The position numbers and the translations under genes were made by a program. The notes beneath the pieces were generated by a model, which was not told where the DNA came from, ran no database searches, and was given only the letters and a program-made list of their open reading frames with translations. This document shows, piece after piece, positions 40,521 to 54,109 of a stretch of 64,000 nucleotides of DNA (within the stretch, counting starts at the first letter, position 1; every line of letters starts with the position of its first letter). The stretch comes from Octopus vulgaris (lineage: Eukaryota). Location of the stretch: positions 19,716,001-19,780,000 of the forward strand of contig OX597842.1 of NCBI GenBank assembly GCA_951406725.2, read 5' to 3'.

Positions 40521-40914
40521 TAATGGTAGAAATTGATCAGGCATGCAATATTATGATGTGTCGATCGTCAGTAGTTCTGACGATAAAAATTTGTTGTTAT
40601 AATTGCATAATGCAGGATGTAAAAGAGGAAAAATGCATGAAGTTTTAAGGAGATATTTATTTCCCGTTAGAGAGAAAGGCATGTGTAGAGCATGAATGTG
40701 ACAGAGATAGCATTTGTGTGTGTATGAATCAAGTGTGCAGATGCATGCGCAAGGCTGTGAAGAAAGGTGCATGCGTGTGTGTATGCAACAATACAAACAT
40801 TTTCAAAGTGAACAAAAAAAAATGTACATTCAAAATATGAATAATAATAATAAGGAACATTCAAAAAGATATGCAAATGAATTTAGCTGCTTTAGTGAAA
40901 CGAATCGTCACATA

Positions 40915-41505
40915 ATTTGTGCAACGTGGAATGTGCTTCGGGGAATATGTGCAACACAGAATGTGCTTTGTGGAATGTGCTTCGTGGAATATGTACTTCA
41001 CGGAATGTGCTGGGTGGAATATGTGTAACGCGGAATGTGTGCAACGTGGAATATGTGCATCGTAGGATGCGCTTCATGGAAGATGTGCATCGCGGAATGT
41101 GTGCAACACAGAATGTGCTTTGTGGAATGTGCTTCGTGGAATGTGTGCATCGCGGAATATGTGCAACACAGAATGTGCTTTGTGGAATGTGCTTCGTGGA
41201 ATATGTGTAACGCGGAATGTGTGCAACACAGAATGTGCTTTGTGGAATGTGCTTCGTGGAATGTGTGCATCGCGGAATATGTGCAACACAGAATGTGCTT
41301 TGTGGAATGTGCTTCGTGGAATATGTGTAACGCGGAATGTGTGCAACGCGGAATATGTGCATCGTAGGATGCGCTTCATGGAATATGTGCAACGTGGAAT
41401 ATATGTATTGTGGAATATGTGCATCAGGGAATATGTTCATCGCAGAATGTGCTTCGTGGAATATGTGCTTCGTGGAATGTGTGCATCGTGGAATATGTGT
41501 AACTC
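40915..41505. repeat. GTGGAAT(A/G)TGTGC minisatellite with 60/120-bp higher-order period
   Basis: Lines 41101-41340 repeat with a 120-bp period. Confidence 0.92.
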
Positions 41506-44500
41506 GTAAACAAATGAAAGTGTGCAGTGCAAACAGAACAATAATAAAATAAGCAAAAATAACAAACTTAGCTGAAAATAGTGTCCTTTGTCTACAGCTG
41601 AAAGTGAATAGATGTGCATGCAAATAAAAAGAGTTGCTGAAAGTCTATGTGAGAGACTTACGTCCATGCAAAAGTTCACAAACCATGCAGGGTTTGTACA
41701 TCAGGATGAGACGAAAAGCGTGTGTGTGCTGAAAAGGTTGCATGTGCGGGCTTCCATATTTTCTTCCAGTTAGTTTCTTGGCATGTAAGCGAATACCTTG
41801 TGCGTCGGCTGTGTTGCATTGCAGCGAAGTGCATCGTAGATTGCATTGCAGAATAGTGCTTCCTGTAGCAGATCGATGGAGGGTGCATCATGGTGGTGTT
41901 GAAGGTTGTCATTCATTTTCCTTTGGGTTAGCGACTGTAGATGGTCCAGTTCTTTAATTCGAATCAGCATCTAGCATGAAAAGGTATTATTTCTCTTTAC
42001 ACGGGTTCACCAAATTGTTGGTAACATAGGTTCAGAAGGCAGCCAATCTTTTTCCACGGGCTCGCCAGTTTCATCATCATTATCATCATCATCATCGTTT
42101 AACGTCTGTTTTCCATGCTAGCATGGGTTGCACCAGGCTCCAGTCTTATCTGGCAATGTTTCTACAGCTGGATGCCCTTCCTAATGCCAACCACTCCATG
42201 AGTGTAGTGGGTGCTTTTTACGTGCCACCTGCACAGGTGCCAGGCGAGGCTGGCAACGGCCACGGTCGTATTGGTGTATTTTACGTGCCACCGGTACGGA
42301 AGGTAGTCGAGGCGGCGCTGGCTTGCAGTTAATCTTTGTGAAGGCTACAATGCTCTTCTTCGGGGCCACAAGTTGTAACGGGTATATTTTTATTAGACTA
42401 TTTGTAACGATAAAATTTTTAGTTGAAGTTGAGGGTCAGTAATTTAACGGTAGAAATTGATTAGTAAACAATATTACGATGTGTCGATTGTCAGCATTTG
42501 TGACGATGAAAATTTGTTGTTATAATTGCATACTGTAGGATGTCAAAGAGGAACAAGGCATGAAGTTTTAAGGAAATATTTATTTATTGTTACATTACCA
42601 ATAACTTGCATCGACGGGCAGGTTTTGAAAAATCCAAAAGCATGCGAAGTAAAGTTTGTGTTTGTATCCTCTTCATTGTTTAGTAGTAATTCCAGAGAGA
42701 GAGATAGAATGATGTTGTAAGAGAACAGAATTAGAGCTAGAGAGAGTTGTAAGGTGTGGGACGTTGTCTCGCAGTTGCTGACAGTAAACTTCATTTCTCC
42801 CTCTGAACAAGGTTCTAGCTGGTCAGCCAGACTTTGTTCTCACTGAGTTATCATTGTAGTGGCTAACTTGGTGAGTCATCACCGAAGTGACTGAACTTGT
42901 TGTGTTATCACAGGAGTTGACTTACTGATTTTTGCTTGGGGTGTTCTTGCTTTTATAACTAACCAGAAGGATAGATATATCATAGATTTAGTTGGTGGTT
43001 TTGTTATCTCTATTCTAGCTTTTGGTGAAGTAGAAAAGGTTAGAAAGGGTCAAGTAGTGAAGACATTATTTCGGCCTAGCTAAAGGCATCTGGAAAATGT
43101 AAAACTGCTGTCAGAGAAAAAAAACCATTGTTCCACCATGGGAAAAGTTTTGTTGCAGTGTTAATTTAAATTCGGCTATGGTGGATCGAATCCACTTCAT
43201 GCTAGCAAGATCCACTACAAACATTTACAGCAAAATCTCTTTTATTCCAACATACCTTGTACTTATGGCTTGATGCAATGGAAATTTTCAAGAATCAACT
43301 GGGAAATACAAGCAACAAAAGGAACTTAGTTTCTCTACATCAGCTGAAATATAAAATTGAAAAACTTTAGTTTTGAATATTTTACTGAAAATGTACTGAA
43401 TTTTTTTTTTTTATTCCAAAAAGTTAAAAAAGGTTATGAGGGGTTATATGGGGTTCTTAAACCAGAATTCTACCAAAAATCAAATTTTAAAACCAATTTG
43501 TTTTAACAGCATAAATGCTTTTATGGGGACAAAAATATTGAAAAACATGAATACATGTTAGAGTGAGGAAGAAACAAGAAAGGTGGTTGTGGGATGTGTT
43601 AGAAACAACAGGCAGATCTCCCTTAAACCACAAACCTTTCTTTACTCATAACTTTCTGACAAATGGATATTAATGGATATATTGGAATTTGTTGTGAAAA
43701 AATTTTCCGAGGGTGGGGTGAAAAGTTTTGGAAAATTCACATCAGTTGGCTTTATTTCCTCATAATTTTTGGAAAAATGGATATTTCTTTAGTGGAATTT
43801 TCTACAAATATTATTCGGATTGTGAAGGTGACGATTATATCAGAATTTAATATGTAAACAAAATTTGTGGGCTCACACACATACATAATTACATACACAT
43901 CGTGAATTGAAACTTGAAATTTTGATAGAAAAATGTTATCTGTCAGTATGTGTGTGTGTGTGTGTGTGTGTGCAAACCCATCTCTTTCTCTCTTGCTTGT
44001 TTCGGTCATTTGACTGTGGCCATGCTGGAGCACCGCCTTTAATCGAGCAAATCAACCCCAGTACTTATTCTATCGGTCTCTTATGCCGAACCGCTAGGTT
44101 TACTCTTTTTACTCTTTTACTTGTTTCAGTCATTTGACTGCGACCATGCTGGAGCACCGCCTTTAATCAAGCAAATCGACCCCATGACTTATTCTTTGTA
44201 AGCCCAGTACTTATTCTATCGGTCTCTTTTGCCGAACTGCTAAGTTACGGGGATGTAAACACACCAGCATCGGTTGTCAAGCAATGCTAGGGGGACAAAC
44301 ACAGACACACAAACACACACATATATACGACAGGCTTCTTTCAGTTTCCGTCTACCAAATCCACTCACAAGGCATTGGTCGGCCCGAGGCTATAGTAGCA
44401 GACACTTGCCCAAGATGCCATGCAGTGGGACTGAACCCGGAACCATGTGGTTAGTAAGCAAGCTACTTACCACACAGCCACTCCTGTGCCCATCAATTTT

Positions 44501-44971
44501 TTTTTTTTTTTAGAATAGATTTCAATATAATTGTAATCTACAACATCTGAAACATATTTGTTGCAAATTTCGTTTAAAAGAATATTCATTTTTCTGGACG
44601 ATATGAGGAAAGAAAGGTGTATGGACGTGGGGGGGGATGCACTTAGATATAATGAAATTATTGTATACAGTGCTCAGGTGCACCACAACTTGTGTAGATA
44701 TGCCTTTACTTCTTTCAGCAATTTGACTGTGGCCATGCTGGAGCGTCATCTCAAAGCGATTTAGTCAAACAAATTGACCCCAGGACTTATTTTTAAGCCT
44801 AGAACTAATTGTATTGATATCTTTTTGCCGAAACACTAAATTAGGGGGACCCTATCACATCAACACCTGCTGACAAGTGGGGACAGGATGATTAAACAGA
44901 GACCAAAGATAAACACACACACACACATAGAAACTGAAAAGAGCCTATCGTGTAAATATATATATATATAT

Positions 44972-45347
44972 ACTAGCAGTATCGCCTGGCGTTGCTCGGG
45001 TTTGTAAGGGAAATAACTATATAAGCATTTTTAGAGAGTTATAGCCAAAAAAATAGCCAAAAAATGCATTAAAAATGGAAAAAAAATGATGGTAAATTTT
45101 TTTTTAAATCGTTGACTCATCGTAGACATTTTTAGAGAGTTACTTCCCTTATATAATAGCGAAAAAAATTATGGTAAATTTTTTTTTAAATCGTAGACGC
45201 GTGCTAATACCCAGAAGGGCTTGATATGAATCACGACTATAAGATACCCGGTTTTGGTTAAACTGCACCGCAAAATGTGGGAGTACTTAGGAATCTAAAT
45301 CATAGGAGACAGACAGCACACAACCTCTCTTTTATATATAAAGATAT
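44972..45347. mobile_element. Helitron/Helentron-like non-autonomous element
   Basis: TACTAG end with an adjacent GC hairpin (cctggcgttgctcggg) and TATATAAAGAT at the other end; partial copy at 53370. Confidence 0.5.
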
Positions 45348-45521
45348 AGTACAGAGTGAGATAGGGGTTATGAGTGTAACCCACTATGGGATATCATTTA
45401 TCCAATATACTGCCAGTAAAGTACCCAGAAATGCTAAGAATTGCAATGCAATTCATTTATTGTATTATATGGGCGAAGGTAAAATGTTTTACCTGAAATT
45501 CATAATACAAAATAAGAAAAT

Positions 45522-45982
45522 GGAGGAATAGATTTCTTTCAATCATCAACTTCCAGATAATACCAATTCATATAATTTATTAACTAATTAAATAGGAACA
45601 TCCAAATCCAACAGAATAAGACAGAATAAAACAATATACATCTATAAGTAAGATAATACCATAAAAATAATACACATAAAATGGATCTTAAAGCTGTTTC
45701 AGCCTAGGCCTTGAGATATATATATATAAGTAACTCATTTTTAACTGCATATTACCTCAATACATCTGACTAATATGGGCATAATGAGATACCCTTATCT
45801 ACAGGCTGAAACAGCTGTAAGATCCATTTTATATGTATTATTTTTATGGTATAATCTCATTGATGTATATTGTTTTATTCTGTTTTACTCTGTTGGATTT
45901 GGATGTTCCTATTTAATTAGTTAATAAATTATATGAATTGGTATTATCTGTAAGATGATGATTCTAAGGAATCTATTCCTCC
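45522..45982. repeat. Inverted repeat with ~185-bp arms, possibly Penelope-derived
   Basis: 45522-45705 is the reverse complement of 45800-45982; GAAACAGCTGTA motif at the inner arm end. Confidence 0.8.
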
Positions 45983-46147
45983 TCCTCATCATCATCATCA
46001 TTTAGCGTCCGCTTTCCATGCTGGCATGGGTTGGACGGTGCAACTGGGGTCTGGGAAGCCAGAAGGCTGCACCAGGCCCAGTCTGATCTGGCAATGTTTC
46101 TACAGCTGGATGCCCTTCCTAACGCCAACCACTCTGTGAGTGTAGCG

Positions 46148-46470
46148 GGTGCTTTTTACGTGCCACTGGCACGGAGGCGAGGCGAGGCTGGCAAACGGCC
46201 ATGATCGGATGGTGCTTTTTACGTGCCACCGGCACGGAGGCGAAGTGCGGCTGGCAAACGGCCACGATCGGATGGTGCTTTTTACGTGCCACTGGCACGG
46301 AGGCCAGGCGAGGCTGGCAAACGGCCACGATCGGATGGTGCTTTTTACGCGCCACCGGCACAGAGGCCAGGCGAGGCTGGCAAACGGCCACGATCGGATG
46401 GTGCTTTTTACGTGCCACCAGCACAGAGGTCAGTCGGGGCGGCACTGGCAACAGCCACGTTCGGATGGTT
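46148..46470 (+). repeat. ~60-bp tandem repeat x5 inside a retroelement
   Basis: GGTGCTTTTTACGTGCCAC...GGCAAACGGCCACGATCGGAT units. Confidence 0.9.
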
Positions 46471-48015
46471 CTCTTATGTGCCACCGGCACTGGTATCACA
46501 TCTACAATTTCCATTCATGTTGATCGATTTTGATTTTTGATTTTGATTTTTCTTATTTTGTATATGTCTATATATATATGTATATACACACATATACTTG
46601 TGACAGGCTTCTTTCATTTTCTTTCTACCAAATCCACTCACAAGGCTTTGAGTGCCCCATGGTTTTAGTAGCAAACACCTGATCTAAGAGCCACGCAGTG
46701 TGACCGAACCAATGTGGCTGGAATGCAAGCTTCTTACCACACAGCCATCCTAAATCGCTTAAAGAAATAAGCTTCAAAATAAACCTAATTAACAATCTTA
46801 TTCTTAATTATTTCAAGCTGTTAAAATTAATGATGATGACTGATTGAAATAACGATAATGAAATACCATAAATATATTTTATAAAACGTTTACATTACTT
46901 AATTAAAATAAGCTAATTAACAGTCTTATTCTTAATTATTTCAAGCGATCCATTCTAAATTAAAACTACATACACGAATAGGTGCAGGGGTGGCTGTGTG
47001 GTAAGTAACTTGTTTACCAGCCACATGGTTCTGGGTTCATTCCCACTGCGTGGCACCTTGGGCAAGTGTCTTCTACTATGGCCTCGGGCTGATCAAAGCC
47101 TTGTGAGTGGATTTGGTAGACGGAAACTGAAAGAAGCCTGTCGTATATATGTAGGTGTAGGAGTGGCTGTGTGGTAAGTAGCTTGTTTACCAACCACATG
47201 GTTCCGGGTTCAGTCCCACTGTGTGACACCTTGGGCAAGTGGCCCCATGTTGACCAAAGCCTTGTGAGTGGATTTGGTAGACGGAAACTGAAAGAAGCCC
47301 GTCATATATATATATATATATATATATATGTGTATGTTTGTGTGTCTGTGTTTGTCCCCCCAACATAGATTGACAACCGATGCTGGTGTGTTTATGTTCC
47401 TGTAACTTAGTGGTTCAGCAAAAGAGACCGATAGAATAAGTACTGTGCTTACGAAGAATAAGTCCAGGGGTCGATTTGCTCAACTGAAGGCGGTGCTCCA
47501 GCATGGCCTCAGTCAAATGACTGAAAGAAGTAAAAGAGTAAAAGAGAATAGATAACATAATAATATTTGGCCACAAGAATTTTTAGAAGGAAATCTTAGT
47601 GGAAAGTTAGCCTTAAGGTTGAGCGTACACAATGTGTGTATGTGTGTGTGTGTGTGCATGCATACATACATAAAAGCATGCGTACGTGAATTCTACACTC
47701 TATATTAAGTAGGTACAGTTCAAATGTCAAGTGGTATTATTTAGTTCTGGGAAATTTATGATGCTGACCTTTTATGTCGAACAAAGTAATTTATGATGCT
47801 GACCTTTTATGTCGAACAAAGTAAATAATTTTTTGGCGACTAGCTAGCGCGGATGAGCGTACAGGGTCCAGTCTTCACGACTAGTGCCTGCCTATCATCC
47901 TTTCGGGGTCGATAAATTAAGTACCAGTTACGCACTGGAGTCGATGTAATCGACTTAATACCTATGTCTGTTCTTGTTTGTCCCCTCTATGTTTAGCCCC
48001 TTGTGGGTAATAAAG

Positions 48016-48150
48016 AAATAGATATCATCTTAATTATAGACTAAATAGGTATCATCTTAATTATAGACTAAATAGGTATCATCTTAATTATAGACTAAAT
48101 AGGTATCATCTTAATTATAGACTAAATAGGTATCATCTTAATTATAGACT
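48016..48150 (+). repeat. 27-bp tandem repeat x5
   Basis: aaataggtatcatcttaattatagact. Confidence 0.95.
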
Positions 48151-48337
48151 CAGCCGACAGCTGTACTCGTCCCAGATGCGATAACACGTATTCTGCGTAA
48201 CTTATGAAGCTTGACAGCTGCCGACAATGTACAAAAGCGTGCTGGACGGTTTCATCGTCCAAGTAAGTAGTTGATATATATATATATAAATAATGAGGGA
48301 GATAAATTAATATATATATATATATATATATACACTG

Positions 48338-48630
48338 CAACATAATTTCTTTTCCTCAACAGGCCCTGCCCTATTTAACATTGTCCCGAGGGAGATCAAA
48401 GAGGAAAAGGATCCCATCAACTTTAAACGGAGTCTGGATAGATTCCTTCAAAGAATACCAGATAAGCCACCCATAATTGGATACAACTCACCCAACAAGA
48501 ACTCACTACTTGAACAAAACTTGACTCAAACAGGATTTAGATAATCCTATCAGGTGGTGCTATTAAGTTAGACATGGCCTGGACCAATCCTTGGTCGAAA
48601 CATATCTAAGTTTTATCTAAGTTCTAAGTT
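48338..48630 (+). mobile_element. CR1/L2-like LINE 3' end
   Basis: GPALFNIVPREIK...FKRSLDRFLQRIPDKP and a CTAAGTT tail. Confidence 0.75.
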
Positions 48631-49012
48631 TTATATATATATATAATTGCAAACATATAAGGCATGGCCATAATAGGACATCCGACTCACTAGAAAGAGC
48701 AGTTAAACTCCAAACCACTAATAGTTGTAATTCTGAAATGGAAAGAGAGATAAAAGGGTAAACGTTTTGGCGATCTTTCGTCTCTAGTAGACATTTCCGT
48801 CGATTTCCGTAAAAAATTTTTTTTTTTTTTACATATGGGCTTGCGGGAACTTTTGAGGTAATGAGAGCGAAAGAGACTAAGAGAAAGCGATTGTATGACG
48901 AGGGAAGTTCTTTTGAAGTTACCGTGCATGACAAGCATTGATGTACATGTGTGTGTGTGTTTGATGGGTGGGTGGGAGACAGACAGTATGTTGTGTAAGT
49001 GAAGTGCTTCTG

Positions 49013-49696
49013 GATTAATATCTAGATCCGCACCCGGTGGGAAAAATGAGATCCGCACCCGGTGGGAAAAATGGAAACGAAAATGTGTAACAGTTGTAAG
49101 GCATCGTATATTGAAGGAATATGACGAAAAAAAAGCGCGCTGACAAACGGGGGGGAGGGGGCTTGGAAAATTGCCTACGATTTAAAGAAAAATTTACCAT
49201 CAATTTTCACCATTGTGTTTCTGATTCGCGACCCCATGTCGAATTTATCGATTTTTTTCAGAACTGGGGGAACTTTTCAAAATTTTCGCTGCGTTAGTTT
49301 TGAATTATGACATTGGGCTATGTGTGTGAAATGCGTTTAAAATGGTGAAAATTGATGGTAAATTTTTCTTTAAATCGTAGGCAATTTTCCGAGCCCCGCC
49401 CCCCCGTTTGTCAGCGCGCTTTTTTTCGTCATATTCCTTCAATATACGATGCCTTACACCTGTTACACATATTTTTTTCCATTTTTGCCACCTGGGCGTG
49501 GATCCTCTACGGTTGATCCTGGGAATTTCCCGAGCCCCCCACCCCCCACCCCCACCCCCCGTTTGTCAGCGCGCTTTTTTCCCGTCTTATTCCGTCAATA
49601 TACGATGCCTTACAACTGTTACACATTTTCGTTTCCATTTTTCCCACCGGGTGCGGATCTCATTTTTCCCACCGGGTGCGGATCTAGATATTAACC
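49013..49696. mobile_element. Foldback-type MITE with 9-bp TSD nested in a family B MITE
   Basis: Long TIRs G(A/G)TTAATATCTAGATCCGCACCCGG; TSD gtgcttctg at 49004-49012 and 49697-49705. Confidence 0.9.
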
Positions 49697-49999
49697 GTGC
49701 TTCTGTTAGTGTGTGTGAAGAAACAGAGAGAGTAATGTGTGAAAGAGAGAGATAACTGAATTTTTTTACTCGGTGGTATGTGTATATGTATGTATGCATG
49801 TATGTGTGTGTGTGTGTATGTATCTATGTATGTGTGTGTGTGTATGTATATTACTTCAAAAGTTCCCGCAAGCCCATATGTAAAAAAAAAAGAAGTTTTT
49901 TACGGAAATTGACGGAAAGGTCTACTAGGCGATCTTTCGAACATTTTTATACCCAAATCTTTTAAGAGCTTAGGGCCTCGACGGCCCTGCCCAACATTG

Positions 50000-50162
50000 G
50001 AATTAAAAAACACTTACCCGAGAACAAGTATTCCAGTAACGACGACGTGGCATCTGCTGTCGAAGACTAAAATGGATGCAAAGTTCTCCACCAATAGAAT
50101 TAACCACTGCAGCTTCGACGGTTGGGATGTGTGGGTGAGGGGGTACTATGTTCAAAAATAAA
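50000..50162 (+). mobile_element. mariner transposase C-terminal relic
   Basis: KKHL...YSSNDDVASAVE...YVQK* (degenerate). Confidence 0.5.
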
Positions 50163-50592
50163 CATTATTTGGTCTCGTACGACACTCGTATACATACATG
50201 TTGTACATACGGACCCATACAAGCCTATACATATATACAGAGGTGGGCACGGTTAATCTAAAAGTTAACTTCGTTAATTCTTTGAAAATTCAACGGAAGG
50301 TAGGGTTAAGGTTTATTGAACAAGAGGCACACCTACAGTTTAATACCCCACCGACTTTGTTGCCTCAAAACTTCCAAGAAGTTCATACTTTTTAACGAAA
50401 CTTTCACCAAAGGCGCATGAGTGGCTGTGTGGTAAGTAGCTTGCTTACCAATCACATGGTTCCGGGTTCATTCCCACTGCTTGACACATTGGGCAAGTGT
50501 CTTCCACGGGTCGACCAAAGCATTGTGAGTGGATTTGGTAGATAAAAACAGAACAGGCACACACACACACACTATGGAAATTACACGGAATC

Positions 50593-52910
50593 GGATCTTT
50601 TCCTTTTGAACGGCAGTTTGTAACATAATTTCTAGGTAACTAAAAAGTTTTAAACTTCCTGTACTGGTAGAATGTGTTTATAAAACATCTTTTTCTCTTG
50701 GCTTTATTGAGAAAATTCTATAGTTTGTAAGATATTTGGGATCTTTTCGGTTTGAACGGCAGTTTTTTAAAATAATTTCCACGTAACTAAACACTTTTAA
50801 ACTTCGTATACTGGTAGAATGTGTTTATAAAACATCTTTTCCTCTTGGCTTTATTGAGAAAATTCTATACTTTGTAAGATATTTGGGATCTTTTCCGTTT
50901 GACCGGCAGTTTTTTAAAATAATTTCCATGTAACTAAACACTTTTAAACTTCGTATACTGGTAGAATGTGTTTATAAAACATCTTTTTCTCTTGGCTTTA
51001 TTGAGAAAATTCTATAGTTTGTAAGATATTTGGGATCTTTTCCGTTTGACCGGCAGTTTTTAAAAATAATTTCCACGTAACTAAACACTTTTAAACTTCG
51101 TATACTGGTAGAATGTGTTTATAAAACATCTTTTTCTCTTGGCTTTATTGAGAAAATTCTATACTTTGTAAGATATTTGGGATCTTTTCCGTTTGACCGG
51201 CAGTTTTTTAAAATAATTTCCAACTAACTAAACACTTTTAAACTTCGTATACTGGTAGAATGTGTTTATAAAACATCTTTTTCTCTTGGCTTTATTGAGA
51301 AAATTCTATACTTTGTAAGATATTTGGGATCTTTTCCGTTTGACCGGCAGTTTTTAAAAATAATTTCCACGTAACTAAACACTTTTAAACTTCGTATACT
51401 GGTAGAATGTGTTTATAAAACATCTTTTTCTCTTGGCTTTATTGAGAAAATTCTATAGGTTGTAAGATATTTCGTCTTTAATTTCTTGCATTTCGGCAAT
51501 TTTAACCAATCACTGGCGTCCATTTAGGTAAATAACATTCTGTACATAATGAATATGTCCCTTCTTTATGAAACAGATTGGGTTTATTTACATTTGTGAA
51601 GAAAAAAAGATACCCTTCCCCCCACCCCTAACCCTAAATCTAAAATAGATTGAAATGCTAAGTTTTTTATAGCAGTGTCGTATGAAGTTGTCACCCATAA
51701 TTATAACCCTAGTATCGATCTATTGCATTTCAATCTATTTTAGATTTAGATTTAGAGTTAGGGTTAGGGTTTGGGGTGGAGGAAGGGTATCTTTTTTCTT
51801 CACAAATGTAAATAAACCCAATCTGTTTCTTAAACGAGGGACATATTCATTATGCACAGAATGTTGTTTACGTCAATGGAGGTAATTGATTGGTTAAAAT
51901 TGCCAAAATGCAGGAGATTTTAGACGAAATATGTTACAATATTTATTACGAAATATGTTACAATGTTTTTTACCTCAATAGACGTCCATTGATTGGTTGA
52001 AATTGCGGAAATTGAAGAAAGAAAAACAACAAATGTCTTACAAACTATAGAATTTTCTCAATAAAGCCAAGAGAAAAAGATGTTTTATAAACACAGTCTA
52101 CCAGTATACGAAGTTTAAAAGTGTTTAGTTAGTTGGAAATTATTTTAAAAAACTGCCGGTCAAACCGAAAAGATCCCAAATATCTTACAAACTATAGAAT
52201 TTTCTCAATAAAGCCAAGAGAAAAAGATGTTTTATAAACACATTCTACCAGTATACGAAGTTTAAATGTGTTTAGTTAGTTGGAAATTATTTTAAAAAAC
52301 TGCCGGTCAAACAGAAAAGACCCAAATATCTTACAAATCATAGAATTTTCTCAATAAAGCCAAGAGAAAAAGATGTTTTATAAACACATTCTACCAGTAT
52401 ACGAAGTTTAAAAGTGTTTAGTTAGTTGGAAATTATTTTAAAAAACTGCCGGTCAAACAGAAAAGATCCCAAATATCTTACAAATCATAGAATTTTCTCA
52501 ATAAAGCCAAGAGAAAAAGATGTTTTATAAACACATTCTACCAGTATACGAAGTTTAAAAGTGTTTAGTTACGTGGAAATTATTTTAAAAAACTGCCGGT
52601 CAAACAGAAAAGACCCAAATATCTTACAAATCATAGAATTTTCTCAATAAAGCCAAGAGAAAAAGATGTTTTATAAACACATTCTACCAGTATACGAAGT
52701 TTAAAAGTGTTTAGTTACGAGGAAATTATTTTTAAAAACTGCCGTTCAAACCGAAAAGATCCCAAATATCTTACAAACTATAGAATTTTCTCAATAAAGC
52801 CAAGAGAAAAAGATGTTTTATAAACACATTCTACCAGTATAGGAAGTTTAAAAGTGTTTAGTTACGTGGAAATTATTCTAAAAAACTGCCGGTCAAACGG
52901 AAAAGATCCC
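50593..52910. repeat. 2.3-kb foldback: six ~147-bp units, a central inverted region, six inverted ~147-bp units
   Basis: Unit starts at 50593, 50738, 50885, 51032, 51179 and 51326; inverted unit ends at 52177, 52323, 52470, 52616, 52763 and 52910. Confidence 0.92.
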
Positions 52911-54109
52911 CCCATTTTCCTAAAAGTTGATGGAAAAACTCGGATCTTGTGAATTTTCCCAAGTCCTCTCCCCACCCTCCCGTTGCGTACCACGCATTTT
53001 GTTCCCTATTCGTTGCCTACACATTGTTTTACATCCATTTGAATATTTTTTCTTTTTCTTTTTTTTTTTTTTTTGATTTTCTGTTCCGGGTCAACCTATA
53101 AACATTAACCAACTCCTTTTTAAAAGTTTGATTGTCGAATGTTTTGTCATAAATAGGCAATCTTTTGTACTTACGTTCCCAGCTACAAAATTATGCTCCA
53201 CCCACCAAATTTATCTGTCTAATTTCTGAAAAACAAAACGAAAATAAAAAGCCTTCTTCTATCATACTCTCAATTTTGGTCAACTTGCGTCGCAGGGTCT
53301 CGGAGGAGATAGTGTTAGTTGAAGCCTACCAAACCTGCCACGCACAGACAACTTCAGCTTTATATATATACTAGCAGTTATTGCCCGGGTTTGTTTCGAC
53401 CCTTTAGAATTGGAATTTTAGAAAAGTAAAAAGTTTGCATTATGTAGCTTGTTATTCTCTTTAAGTGAACAAAGATATTTGTTCGTTATTTAAAGCAAAA
53501 TTGCTTTAGATTGATCTTTTGTCTCCTGTCTGAGCAACTATTCAAGAGGCTAGAACATGCGTCTCGACCGAAATCAAAAGGAGTTGAGAATGAAGTAAAA
53601 TGCCGCAATCAAAGACCCCTTATCTTTCTGGACACTTTGTAAATATGTTTATCAGTTGACAAACTAGTAATTCGTGTGGAACAGCAAACCATTGAAATGT
53701 TAACCATTGGTCGAAATATATTAGCGTCGATACATCTCATTCCCGTAAGGCGCGGGCTGGCAGAATCGTTAGCACGCCGGTCGGAATTTCGGCTGCCGTT
53801 ACGTTCAGAGTTCAAATTCCGCCGAGGTCGACTTCGCCTTTCATCCTTCCGGGGTCGATTAAATAAGTACCAGTTACGCACTGGGGTGGATGTCATCGAC
53901 TTAATCCCTTTGTCCGTCCTTGTTTGTCCCCTATGTGTTTAGCCCCTTCTGGGTAATAAAGAAATAGGTATTTCGGCTGCCGTTACGTTGTGAGTTCAAA
54001 TTCCGCCGAGGTCGACTTTGCCTTTTATCCTTTCGGGGTCGATGAATTAAGTACCAGTGACGCACTGGGATCGATATAATCGACTTAATACCTATGTCCG
54101 TCCTTGTTT

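Noticed and set aside
40892-41623. His/Cys-rich repetitive ORFs on both strands
   Set aside because: Minisatellite open in most frames; no unique coding context
48016-48150. CRISPR-like 27-bp repeats
   Set aside because: No spacers, eukaryotic context; a simple tandem duplication at a SINE/LINE junction
51620-51775. Interstitial telomere (TTAGGG)
   Set aside because: Only about two units, and they are a constant internal part of MITE family C
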